Shown piece by piece: positions 1 to 6,952 of a DNA stretch of 57,029 nt. Both the position numbers and the translations under genes were made by a program. The stretch lies in IMG/VR virus record IMGVR_UViG_3300018017_000001; one strand, given 5' to 3'. The notes beneath the pieces were generated by a model. That model was not told the origin of the DNA, ran no database searches, and saw only the letters and a program-made list of their open reading frames with translations. Numbering within the stretch: the stretch's first letter is position 1; each line of letters begins with the position of its first letter. The stretch comes from a virus.

Positions 1-123
1 GTTCTCGCATTCGATTCTGGCCCGATACTTCACAATCACCTTTCGTTCTCCTTCACCTTTCAATTGAGTTAGCATCTGTTCACTCCTTCTCCGGCGCTGG
101 GGACGCCCGCCAATTCCCCTGGA
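1..123. repeat. Direct terminal repeat, left copy (identical to 56907..57029)
   Basis: Read directly: the 123 nt gttctcgcattcgattctgg...caattcccctgga occur at both ends. 1..75 duplicates the 5' end of the minus-strand gene 56484..56981. Confidence 0.95.
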
Positions 124-310
124 ACGGTCCCGATCCTGTCCATTGTTCCGACCGTGCCTTGAGGAAGCACAAAATACTGAATGCGGTGTGGTAGCGTTCG
201 CAGGCCCTGTCCAGGTCGTGCCGCGTGCAGTCTTTCAAGGGATCGCACAGCAGATCACGAAGTTGGCCGGTTGCAGTAGTTAGTTCTTGCAGTGCTTCTT
301 CGATAGTCAT
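80..310 (-). CDS. Hypothetical early protein with C-terminal ASPAPEKE tail
   Basis: 76-aa ORF. Its ATG lies 2 nt after the stop of the upstream gene and is preceded by AAGGAGAAG. The last codons overlap the 15-nt junction motif and the SD of the next gene. Confidence 0.6.
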   Translation of the reverse strand: MTIEEALQELTTATGQLRDLLCDPLKDCTRHDLDRACERYHTAFSILCFLKARSEQWTGSGPFQGNWRASPAPEKE

Positions 311-312
311 GG

Positions 313-843
313 TTACTTCTCCTTTTCTTGAATTGGCGCTGGGGACGCCGAGCCTAATTCGGCATGCTTTTCCTGCTCCTTCAGCAGCGTATCGGTCATA
401 GCCTTCGCAATAGCCATCCGGCCTGAGAACACAACGCGCTTTTTGCCGGGGAAGTTACGCAAGGTAATGAGATTGAAGAGTGTTCCCTCAAAATCAGAAC
501 GGGATACATCCAAAACCTTCATGTCCTTGCGGTGCGGCGCAAGCTCGCGGGCTGCTCTGTTCGCCTGTGTGCATCTGGAACGCAGAATGTTCAATGCCGC
601 ACTTTGCGTATAGAACTTCCCCTCGGGCGATTTCCAAAGGCCACCTCCAACTGTCTGAGTTGGCATGTCTGCTGGAGCCGGGACTGCCTCTTCGCGCTCA
701 CTTCGCTCTGCATATTCTCTCGCTTTGGATTCGGCGTCGGGACCGGAGAACACGGCTTGATAGATATCTCCTGTTGCGCCGTCGATAGTTTCAACATGCC
801 AGTCATTCGGAAACTGCTGGTCGGCAAATACACTGGTCTGCAT
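313..843 (-). CDS. Hypothetical early protein (internal AVPAP, C-terminal ASPAPIQEKEK)
   Basis: ORF track gives 313..921. I prefer the ATG at 843 (MQTSVFADQ) because AAGGAGG lies 6 nt upstream. The start is uncertain. Confidence 0.5.
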   Translation of the reverse strand: MQTSVFADQQFPNDWHVETIDGATGDIYQAVFSGPDAESKAREYAERSEREEAVPAPADMPTQTVGGGLWKSPEGKFYTQSAALNILRSRCTQANRAARELAPHRKDMKVLDVSRSDFEGTLFNLITLRNFPGKKRVVFSGRMAIAKAMTDTLLKEQEKHAELGSASPAPIQEKEK

Positions 844-997
844 TGCTTTCCTCCTTAAAGAAAGTCTCCACGAGATCAACCAATTGCTTAAATTGATCCC
901 TAGTTGGCGTTCCCTCGACATGATGCTTGTCCTTTTCGATTGCGAAGATCATGTCGCACACGTAGTTCTCCGCGATACCTCTTCGTTCGCTGGTCAT
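803..997 (-). CDS. Hypothetical small early protein
   Basis: 64-aa ORF. GGAGAA SD precedes the ATG, which overlaps the upstream stop as ATGA. It overlaps the next gene by 41 nt if 843 is that gene's start. Confidence 0.4.
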   Translation of the reverse strand: MTSERRGIAENYVCDMIFAIEKDKHHVEGTPTRDQFKQLVDLVETFFKEESNADQCICRPAVSE

Positions 998-1563
998 TTA
1001 TTATTTCTCCTTCGGGGACGCCAAGCCGCGCTCCCGTGCTGGCATATTTTTCTCCGCCCGCACCCGCCCTCATCGAATTCTTTCAGCAGCCCAACTCTAA
1101 TGCCTTCGATCTCTTCGTAAAAGGTAAGCACTTTCAGTTCGGCGGTTTCCGCCCGCACTTTCCAATAAGAGATGGATTCCTGCTCGTCAAGCGTGCCTGC
1201 TGGAGCCGGGACTGCCGCCCCTTTGGACGGGCGAAATCTGTCCGCCGCGAAAGCATTGGCGTCTGAGGATGGCCGATAACAATAGTGTTCCCGAGAAGGC
1301 TTCTTGCAGCCTTCACACTCCTCAACTTGCTGCCGCTTACTGTCGATCATGGCCTGCAATGCCCGTTCGTCCATGATCTGTTTCCGCAACTTCTCGCAGT
1401 TTGGGCATTCGAGCGGAGCCGGGACTGCCGCCGGAGCGTGCGCCCAATCCTTCAGCGCTCGTTCCGCCTCGCAAGCCCAACATGGAGCCTCCGGGCATAC
1501 CTCATGCGTATGCTCGATCATAGTTAAGGCAGCACGGACAAGACGTTCTAATTCATTCGGCAT
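994..1563 (-). CDS. Hypothetical Cys-rich early protein with two internal AVPAP motifs
   Basis: 189-aa ORF with a GAGGAGG SD. Several CxxC pairs (CPEAPCWAC, CPNCE, CEGC). AVPAP separates three segments. Confidence 0.6.
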   Translation of the reverse strand: MPNELERLVRAALTMIEHTHEVCPEAPCWACEAERALKDWAHAPAAVPAPLECPNCEKLRKQIMDERALQAMIDSKRQQVEECEGCKKPSREHYCYRPSSDANAFAADRFRPSKGAAVPAPAGTLDEQESISYWKVRAETAELKVLTFYEEIEGIRVGLLKEFDEGGCGRRKICQHGSAAWRPRRRNNK

Positions 1564-1566
1564 GTC

Positions 1567-1704
1567 CTACCTCCTCGTCCACGGAACGATTGCCAGAAAC
1601 ATCGTGAGTTCAAAGAAGATCATGCAGCACGCGAAGCCGATGATCTTGAGCAATCGGATAATCTCCGCGTTAACTTCGTCTTGTCTCATTGGAGTGTTCG
1701 GCAT
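1567..1704 (-). CDS. Small membrane protein (45 aa)
   Basis: Start taken at MPNTPMRQ inside copy 1 of the 52-bp repeat (AAAGGAGCAAGTAGACATG). Hydrophobic segment IIGFACCMIFFELTMFLAIV. Confidence 0.45.
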   Translation of the reverse strand: MPNTPMRQDEVNAEIIRLLKIIGFACCMIFFELTMFLAIVPWTRR

Positions 1705-1751
1705 GTCTACTTGCTCCTTTCTTTGATCCATACTTGCTCGGTTAAAGTGAC
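1700..1751. repeat. 52-bp perfect direct repeat, copy 1
   Basis: ggcatgtctacttgctcctttctttgatccatacttgctcggttaaagtgac, identical to 1951..2002. Confidence 0.95.
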
Positions 1752-1955
1752 GGTTGTTTTCGCTCCGCAAACGCGGCAGTTCGAGATGAAGGGTTCTTCT
1801 CCCGAGAGCCAGCGAATGATAATAACTCCACGTCCGCAACGTCCACATTTCGTTGGCCGCGAGTTCGGAAGGAGTTGGACTTCATAGGCAGGATTGCCGC
1901 TAATCTGCGAAGTCGCCCGTTCAATCCTGATAACGACTCGGTGCAATCGGGGCAT
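1707..1955 (-). CDS. Small zinc-ribbon-like protein (82 aa)
   Basis: Start at MPRLHRVV inside copy 2 of the 52-bp repeat, which supplies the same SD and ATG. CGRCG...CRVCG motif. Confidence 0.5.
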   Translation of the reverse strand: MPRLHRVVIRIERATSQISGNPAYEVQLLPNSRPTKCGRCGRGVIIIRWLSGEEPFISNCRVCGAKTTVTLTEQVWIKERSK

Positions 1956-2002
1956 GTCTACTTGCTCCTTTCTTTGATCCATACTTGCTCGGTTAAAGTG
2001 AC
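1951..2002. repeat. 52-bp perfect direct repeat, copy 2
   Basis: Identical to 1700..1751. On the minus strand it supplies AAAGGAGCAAGTAGACATG to a different downstream gene. Confidence 0.95.
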
Positions 2003-2187
2003 CCACCATCGGTAGTAGCGAGCCAGTCTCCGTGCTCAATTTGGCGAAGCATCTCGATTTGTTCTGAGATCATTGCAGGGTTCACGCCACCGTGATGCTC
2101 GCTCCATCCATGGGAGGAGAAATCGTAGGACCAATCAATCGCTCCTAACGACTCGCCCTCATACTCTGTAACTTGTCGAGATTTCAC
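1993..2187 (-). CDS. Hypothetical small early protein
   Basis: 64-aa ORF with a GTG start preceded by AAAGGAG. Its stop lies inside copy 2 of the 52-bp repeat. Confidence 0.4.
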   Translation of the reverse strand: MKSRQVTEYEGESLGAIDWSYDFSSHGWSEHHGGVNPAMISEQIEMLRQIEHGDWLATTDGGSL

Positions 2188-2279
2188 GTCAATACACTCC
2201 TTTCGTGGCTCATGGCTTGCTCACTGGCTTGCTCTGACTGCTCACCTGGGGAATCGCAGTAGCCATCTAGCGCTCCTCA

Positions 2280-3053
2280 CTACTTCACTGCAACAAACTT
2301 TCCCTTCTTCAGCTCGTAAAATGTATCGGCCTTGATCTTCTTCCCGTCTACTTTGGCCGTTTTTACCGAGAGGACTTTGGGCGAGTCTTTCTCGTATTCC
2401 GCGAGGACAAGCCAGTTTCCGAGAGCCGCTTTCGCTTTTGCTTGTCTGCCAATCGCAGCCGCGATACTCTCTGCCCCCGACGTGGCAGCGTGCGAGGAGT
2501 TCCCCGACGTGGCAGCGTGCGAGGAGTACCCCGACGTGGCAGCGGGCGAGTAGTACCCCGACGTGGCAGCGGGCGAGTAGTACCCCGACGTGGCAGCGGG
2601 CGAGTAGTACCCCGACGTGGCAGCGGGCGAGGAGTACCCCGACGTGGCAGCGGGCGAGTAGTACCCCGACGTGGCAGCGGGCGAGGAGTTCCCCGACGTG
2701 GCAGCGTGCGAGGAGTACCCCGACGTGGGTTTCTCGGTCTTGGAGAGCAAGAACTTAACGCCAAGCTCAATCAGTGATTTCAGTTTGATCTCCGCGATGA
2801 TCTTCAGTTTCTTGGCGACTCGCTTCGAATCCTGCTCGGTCTGCGCCGAAACATCCTCGGCCTCTACTTCGGCATAGCGTCCCATTGCTGGCTGGTAGTA
2901 GCGCAGCACATCTATCGGATTCTCGCAAAAGTGAAATCCCGACCTACACAGATCGGCGGAAGATTCTGAATACTCTTTGCCAACCTCGTACTGAAAGACT
3001 TTGCCTTCAGGCGTGCATTGGAACTTTTCGTTGAAACCTTTGTAGCCTTTCAT
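2280..3053 (-). CDS. Repeat protein: GFHFC-type N-terminal domain, 9-aa tandem repeats (AATSGYYSP), Lys-rich C-terminus
   Basis: 257-aa ORF with the SD/start cassette GAGGAGCGCTAGATG. N-terminus MKGYKGF..CRSGFHFCENPIDVLRYY resembles the GIHF-type domain of the neighbouring gene. About 9.4 in-frame 27-bp repeats. Confidence 0.7.
   Translation of the reverse strand: MKGYKGFNEKFQCTPEGKVFQYEVGKEYSESSADLCRSGFHFCENPIDVLRYYQPAMGRYAEVEAEDVSAQTEQDSKRVAKKLKIIAEIKLKSLIELGVKFLLSKTEKPTSGYSSHAATSGNSSPAATSGYYSPAATSGYSSPAATSGYYSPAATSGYYSPAATSGYYSPAATSGYSSHAATSGNSSHAATSGAESIAAAIGRQAKAKAALGNWLVLAEYEKDSPKVLSVKTAKVDGKKIKADTFYELKKGKFVAVK
2475..2728. repeat. 27-bp tandem repeat, about 9.4 copies, in frame inside CDS 2280..3053
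   Basis: Units ccccgacgtggcagcg(t/g)gcgag(g/t)agt(t/a)(c) counted directly with period 27. Confidence 0.9.
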
Positions 3054-3068
3054 CTAGCGCTCCTCCGC

Positions 3069-3629
3069 CTAGTGTGCCGCGGCTTCTTCTCGGCTTAGGT
3101 AGAAATGAATCCCTCCGCCGCATTCCTGCCAGCGATCTTCATTCCACTTGTCGCAGCGAACGATCTTGCCTAGGCGATACTCAGTCTTTTTGTCATAAAG
3201 GCTTAGGCCGACTTCTGCTCCAATGACTTCCAGCACTTTCACATATTCGGCGCGGCACTTCCGTCCTGTGGCGCAACTTCGTCGGGCATTTTTGCCGATC
3301 ATCAACTTCACGATCACACCGTCGTGGCATTTCTTCCAGCCGACGAACTGCCCAACTTGCGGAACGATAGAAGTTCGCAGTAGCACGAGCACTGCGTCTT
3401 TTACGTCTTTGAGGTTCGCCCCGCCGAGGTTCGCCCCGCTGAGGTTCGCCCCGCCGAGGTTCGCCCCGCCGAGGTTCGCCCCGCTGAGGTTCGCCCCGCC
3501 GAGGTCCGCCCCGCTGAGGTTCGCCCCGCTGAGGTACGCCCCGCTGAGGTCCGCCCTTTTACCGCCTTCTTTGCCGCCCAGCCAAGCGGCGTGCAATTCT
3601 AGAACTTGCTTGATTTCTTCTTGTGTCAT
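3069..3629 (-). CDS. Pentapeptide-repeat protein with C-terminal GGGIHFY-type domain
   Basis: 186 aa. About 10 consecutive A(N/D)LSG/ANLGG pentapeptides. C-terminal Cys-containing domain ends [14 protein letters not shown]. Start cassette GAGGAGCGCTAGATATG. Confidence 0.85.
   Translation of the reverse strand: MTQEEIKQVLELHAAWLGGKEGGKRADLSGAYLSGANLSGADLGGANLSGANLGGANLGGANLSGANLGGANLKDVKDAVLVLLRTSIVPQVGQFVGWKKCHDGVIVKLMIGKNARRSCATGRKCRAEYVKVLEVIGAEVGLSLYDKKTEYRLGKIVRCDKWNEDRWQECGGGIHFYLSREEAAAH
3411..3556. repeat. 15-bp tandem repeat, about 9.7 copies, encoding the pentapeptide repeats
   Basis: gaggt(t/c/a)cgccccgc(c/t) units counted directly. Confidence 0.9.
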
Positions 3630-3658
3630 ATCTAGCGCTCCTCCGTATCCCCTGTCAC

Positions 3659-4243
3659 TTAACTTTTTTCAGGGCTTGTCACGGTGACAATCTCGCTTTT
3701 GCTCGGCGCCTTCGACTCGTTCCTCGGGTGGATCTCCCTGCCGCCGAGCCAGTAATGAATCTGACCGGGGCATCCGGAGCGGACGGTGGCGGGCGGAGCG
3801 ACCTCGAACTGCGAGTCCAAGGGGTAGTGGTCCCCCTTAACCGCGATCTCGTCCCCCTGCCGAATCTCCACCCAGCACTCGGAGTCTAAAGTTACGAAGA
3901 GCACGGGTGTAACTATCGAGGGAGCGGGGTTAGGTACTGGATCGGCCGGAATCGTTGCTGCCACAGGCTTGACTTCAGGCTTCGGCTTCTCGAACGAAGC
4001 AGGATTGATGAACCAGAGCAGCGCGAGCGAAAGAAACGCTCCGAGCAATCCGCCGCAGAGCACGGTGAGCAGATACAACGGTCGATGCGGAGTTGGCAGC
4101 GCGAGAATCTGATCCTCCACCGTGTTCACGGACGATGCGAGGCGCTTGTCCTCGGCTTCAGTCGTGTTGGCCAGCTTGAAAACTGAGTCGCGCAACTCAT
4201 CTACTTCCTTTGCGAGTTCAAAGATGTTCCTGACTGGCTTCAT
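3659..4243 (-). CDS. Membrane-anchored protein: N-terminal coiled segment, one TM, Pro-rich linker, RodZ-C-like beta domain
   Basis: 194 aa. TM is [24 protein letters not shown]. The C-terminus ..[18 protein letters not shown].. resembles the RodZ C-terminal (DUF4115) pattern, but weakly. The palindrome plus GGAGGA lies directly upstream. Confidence 0.55.
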   Translation of the reverse strand: MKPVRNIFELAKEVDELRDSVFKLANTTEAEDKRLASSVNTVEDQILALPTPHRPLYLLTVLCGGLLGAFLSLALLWFINPASFEKPKPEVKPVAATIPADPVPNPAPSIVTPVLFVTLDSECWVEIRQGDEIAVKGDHYPLDSQFEVAPPATVRSGCPGQIHYWLGGREIHPRNESKAPSKSEIVTVTSPEKS

Positions 4244-4253
4244 GAGTTCCTCC

Positions 4254-4267
4254 CTGCAAATTTGCAG
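4254..4267. promoter_or_regulatory. Perfect palindrome CTGCAAATTTGCAG
   Basis: Lies between stop 4268 and start 4243 of two minus-strand genes. On the minus strand it is directly followed by GGAGGAACTC and then the ATG. Confidence 0.6.
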
Positions 4268-4468
4268 CTACGCTCCAGCTTCGATTCCGAGCCGCCTATT
4301 CTGCTCATCCACGGCCTTGCGGCAAGACGCGCAGAAGCGGTCTCCGATCTCAGCTTTGTTCGAGCACTGGCCTTCGTAATTCCAGGTACTCACGAATCCG
4401 TCGCAGCGCGGAGCGTGCTTGCGCAGGACTCTTTCCACTGCTTCTCCGAGTTGGGTGTCGTTCAGCAT
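4268..4468 (-). CDS. Small Cys-containing hypothetical protein
   Basis: 66-aa ORF. AAGGAGAACACC precedes the ATG. Its stop TAG abuts the palindrome at 4254..4267. Confidence 0.5.
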   Translation of the reverse strand: MLNDTQLGEAVERVLRKHAPRCDGFVSTWNYEGQCSNKAEIGDRFCASCRKAVDEQNRRLGIEAGA

Positions 4469-4478
4469 GGTGTTCTCC

Positions 4479-4973
4479 TTAGAAATCCGCTTCGATCTCC
4501 TGCATGTTGTCGAGGAACCAGAAGTCAGCGGGCTCAGAGAACTTCATGGCCCCCTCAGCATCTATTAGAACCTGCTGAATCCTGAGTTGCCATAGTTTCC
4601 GCCCTTTGCGCTTGCAGGACTTCCAGCAATGAAGCTCGACACGGTTCTGCGCTGTCAAAAGAATGGGGAGGGCCTTTGCCGCGAGAATCTTGTCTCTATG
4701 CTCTGCCGCGTGCGCGAAGTCCGTCACCTGCACAAATAGGCATCCAACCTGATCCGAATGGCAACAGCAGAGGTCCGCGATCCCGAAGCAGTCGAATTTA
4801 TTCCTGAATCTCTCGCCGGCCGGATTCTCCTTGAACTTTGGCACGTCGAGAGAGCGCTCCACGAGAGCCACGATAAAACCTTGGCGTTCTAGGAACTTGC
4901 GCGAGCGCCGGGTTAGTAAGACAGGCTTCTTGCGCTTCGGCTTGTCGTCGGAGAAGAGAGGGGGCTGCTTCAT
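4479..4973 (-). CDS. Hypothetical protein, possible Hjc/PD-(D/E)xK-like nuclease fold with non-canonical motif
   Basis: 164 aa. FLERQGFIV..VERS...FGIADL....LFVQVT resembles a resolvase-type layout, but QVT replaces ExK. The start overlaps the upstream stop (ATGA). Confidence 0.35.
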   Translation of the reverse strand: MKQPPLFSDDKPKRKKPVLLTRRSRKFLERQGFIVALVERSLDVPKFKENPAGERFRNKFDCFGIADLCCCHSDQVGCLFVQVTDFAHAAEHRDKILAAKALPILLTAQNRVELHCWKSCKRKGRKLWQLRIQQVLIDAEGAMKFSEPADFWFLDNMQEIEADF

Positions 4974-5674
4974 TTGGCCTTCCCGTTCATCTTGATTTTG
5001 CCGTCTTTCATCTTTCGAAAGAATCGATAAATTTCTCCCCGCGACGCCATAGATGAACTGTAGTTCTCAAACGCCCCCTCTGAGTTCAATTTTTCCCACA
5101 TCTGGAGCGGAGTATAACCTTCGGCATACAATGTGATCGCTCGGTCTGTGAATGGACGAGGCCGCGGAGGCTTTGCCGGTTTCGGTTGGGCTGTTCCTGT
5201 CGCTGGGTTTTGAGTCGCAGCCAAAGCATAAGTCTCTTCTCTGCGTGATGCGTCTAAGGCAGAATCAAACTCCCGAATTTGCTCATAAGCGTTAGCACTC
5301 CAGCCCCATTTTGACAGCATCGTACGAAGGCTGATCGATACAGTCGGCACCTCAATCGGAGATGGGATAACCAAGTAGACAGGAGTATCAAAGCCTAATG
5401 CCTGTAATACCGGGCTGACGTCGGCTCGCAAAATATAGAAATCGACATGCGAACCATCCACTTTATTGTGTCGGTGGATATTGAACTGCCAAGAATGCTG
5501 GCCGTTGTGCCTGCGCGAGAATAAGGAATGCTTAACTTCCAGGCGCGTGCCATTCGGCGTATAGAGGTCAAAAGGGCTGTAATAACTAGCAATTGCCACT
5601 TTAATCCCGTGGCTGCTGAGCCAATGCCTAGCGGCTTGTTGGGCCGCGAACCACTCAGTTTGGTCGGCCTTCAT
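4970..5674 (-). CDS. PD-(D/E)xK nuclease-like protein, first gene of the leftward block
   Basis: 234 aa. SPFDLYTPNGTRLEVKHS is a D..ExK signature. Pro/Lys-rich linker and a basic C-terminal domain. No SD before the ATG, so it may be leaderless. Confidence 0.55.
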   Translation of the reverse strand: MKADQTEWFAAQQAARHWLSSHGIKVAIASYYSPFDLYTPNGTRLEVKHSLFSRRHNGQHSWQFNIHRHNKVDGSHVDFYILRADVSPVLQALGFDTPVYLVIPSPIEVPTVSISLRTMLSKWGWSANAYEQIREFDSALDASRREETYALAATQNPATGTAQPKPAKPPRPRPFTDRAITLYAEGYTPLQMWEKLNSEGAFENYSSSMASRGEIYRFFRKMKDGKIKMNGKAK

Positions 5675-5680
5675 GGGTAC

Positions 5681-5708
5681 ATATTACACGAGCGGTACAA
5701 AAAAGCAA
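5681..5708 (-). promoter_or_regulatory. Candidate leftward sigma70-like promoter (TTGCTT-N16-TAATAT), possibly giving a leaderless mRNA
   Basis: On the minus strand the -10 ends 6 nt before the ATG at 5674. A second candidate is TTGCTA (5734..5739) N17 TTTAAT (5711..5716). Confidence 0.3.
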
Positions 5709-5726
5709 GCATTAAATAAAAAGTTC

Positions 5727-5754
5727 TTGCATTTAGCAAAAATGTGTGTATTCT
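5727..5754 (+). promoter_or_regulatory. Candidate rightward sigma70-like promoter (TTGCAT-N16-TATTCT)
   Basis: Lies in the 115-bp AT-rich divergent intergenic region 5675..5789. The -35 overlaps the 13-bp palindrome TTGCATTTAGCAA (5727..5739), which resembles the 14-bp palindrome family. Confidence 0.4.
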
Positions 5755-5789
5755 GTACTTGCAAGCAAATTTAATTCCGAGGTCTTGAA

Positions 5790-6365
5790 ATGCCAATCGT
5801 TCACATTGCTTCTCGAAGAGAAGATGTTCCGCTCGATGCCGTAAACGTGCGCGATGCAAGCGAGCAGTGGAAGAATCACTCAGCATCTCCGGAGACGTTT
5901 TCCTTATGGCTCTACGATACGCACGTTGGTTTATGTGTGCGTGAGTACGAGCGAAACGGTTATGATGATTCCGATTTCTTCATGGTTGTTTACAATCCTA
6001 TAGGCGACAAGTTTGAGCACCATGAGTTCGCTAGCACGCGCGGTTGGTCCTATCCTTGCTTCGCTTCTCACGTTGACGCTATGCCTGAAATTCTAGCGAA
6101 GTATGAGGCATACCTAATCGAGCAGAAGCGGCTTGCAGAGGAACAGCGCCAGCGCATTCTCGCTGCTACTCCCGCTAAAGGGAAAGTCCTTCGTGTAGTG
6201 CGTGGTCGCAAGGTTCCCGTAGGTACTGTCGGCGTTTGTGTGTGGTTAGGCTCCTCGGCTTACGGCAAGCGAGTAGGTATTAAAGACGATCAAGGCAAAA
6301 TCCACTGGACTGCCTATGACAACGTCGAAGTTTCGGCAGTTCCTCAGACCTCGGAATCTGCCTAG
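5790..6365 (+). CDS. Hypothetical protein, first gene of the rightward block
   Basis: 191-aa ORF with protein-like composition. No family recognised. Confidence 0.6.
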   Translation: MPIVHIASRREDVPLDAVNVRDASEQWKNHSASPETFSLWLYDTHVGLCVREYERNGYDDSDFFMVVYNPIGDKFEHHEFASTRGWSYPCFASHVDAMPEILAKYEAYLIEQKRLAEEQRQRILAATPAKGKVLRVVRGRKVPVGTVGVCVWLGSSAYGKRVGIKDDQGKIHWTAYDNVEVSAVPQTSESA

Positions 6366-6423
6366 ACTGCCGACGCTGGGCCACTCTTCGGAGCGGCTTG
6401 GCGTGAGCAGCCAGGGAGGTTTT

Positions 6424-6723
6424 ATGGATTTCAGGCAAGCACGCGATCTCGACAACTACATCACCGGCCACTACGGAGCAGATCAAGACTTGGGCGATGA
6501 CCCCCTGATCGAAGATGAAGGCTACGGGATTCTAGAATCTGCGGCTGCATATTTGCAGCGCGACGATTATCCCGACTGGGACGTGCAGGAACCCGTTGGC
6601 CTAATTCGTAGCCTGCAATACGACATCGAGAACGATTACCGTTGTCAGCAATGCGGACAAGTGCTCAAGAAAAAGAATCAGAAGTGGTGTTCTCCGTTGT
6701 GCGCGAAGGCAGCGGAACTATAA
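6424..6723 (+). CDS. Acidic hypothetical protein with C-terminal CxxC..C..C
   Basis: Start moved to MDFRQARD because GGGAGG lies 4 nt upstream. 99 aa. Confidence 0.55.
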   Translation: MDFRQARDLDNYITGHYGADQDLGDDPLIEDEGYGILESAAAYLQRDDYPDWDVQEPVGLIRSLQYDIENDYRCQQCGQVLKKKNQKWCSPLCAKAAEL

Positions 6724-6733
6724 AGGAGCAGTG

Positions 6734-6952
6734 ATGCACAAATCAGACATCAAGCTCGGCAGTCACTACACCGCGAAAGTCTCAGGTCACATCGCCATCG
6801 TGCAAGTTCAATCAGAATCTCCGTACGGCGGCTGGAACGCGGTGAACATCCACACGAAGCGAGACGTGCGGATTCGCTCAGCGGCTCGGTTGCGTCACGA
6901 AGTCGCGCGGAACGCGGAAGGCAAGTGGGAAACGGCGAAGGAGCAATCATGA
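6734..6952 (+). CDS. Hypothetical small protein
   Basis: AAAGGAG lies 5 nt before ATG 6734. 72 aa. Confidence 0.55.
   Translation: MHKSDIKLGSHYTAKVSGHIAIVQVQSESPYGGWNAVNIHTKRDVRIRSAARLRHEVARNAEGKWETAKEQS

Noticed and set aside
2475-3556. Regular short tandem repeats (27-bp and 15-bp units) that might superficially resemble a CRISPR array.
   Set aside because: The repeats are contiguous with no spacers. They are in frame and encode 9-aa and pentapeptide protein repeats. No cas genes are present.
3677-3691. 15-bp palindrome TTGTCACGGTGACAA, plus a nearby GTGACA, at the 3' end of gene 3659..4243.
   Set aside because: It is a single occurrence inside coding sequence with no recurrence elsewhere. 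A possible operator cannot be supported.
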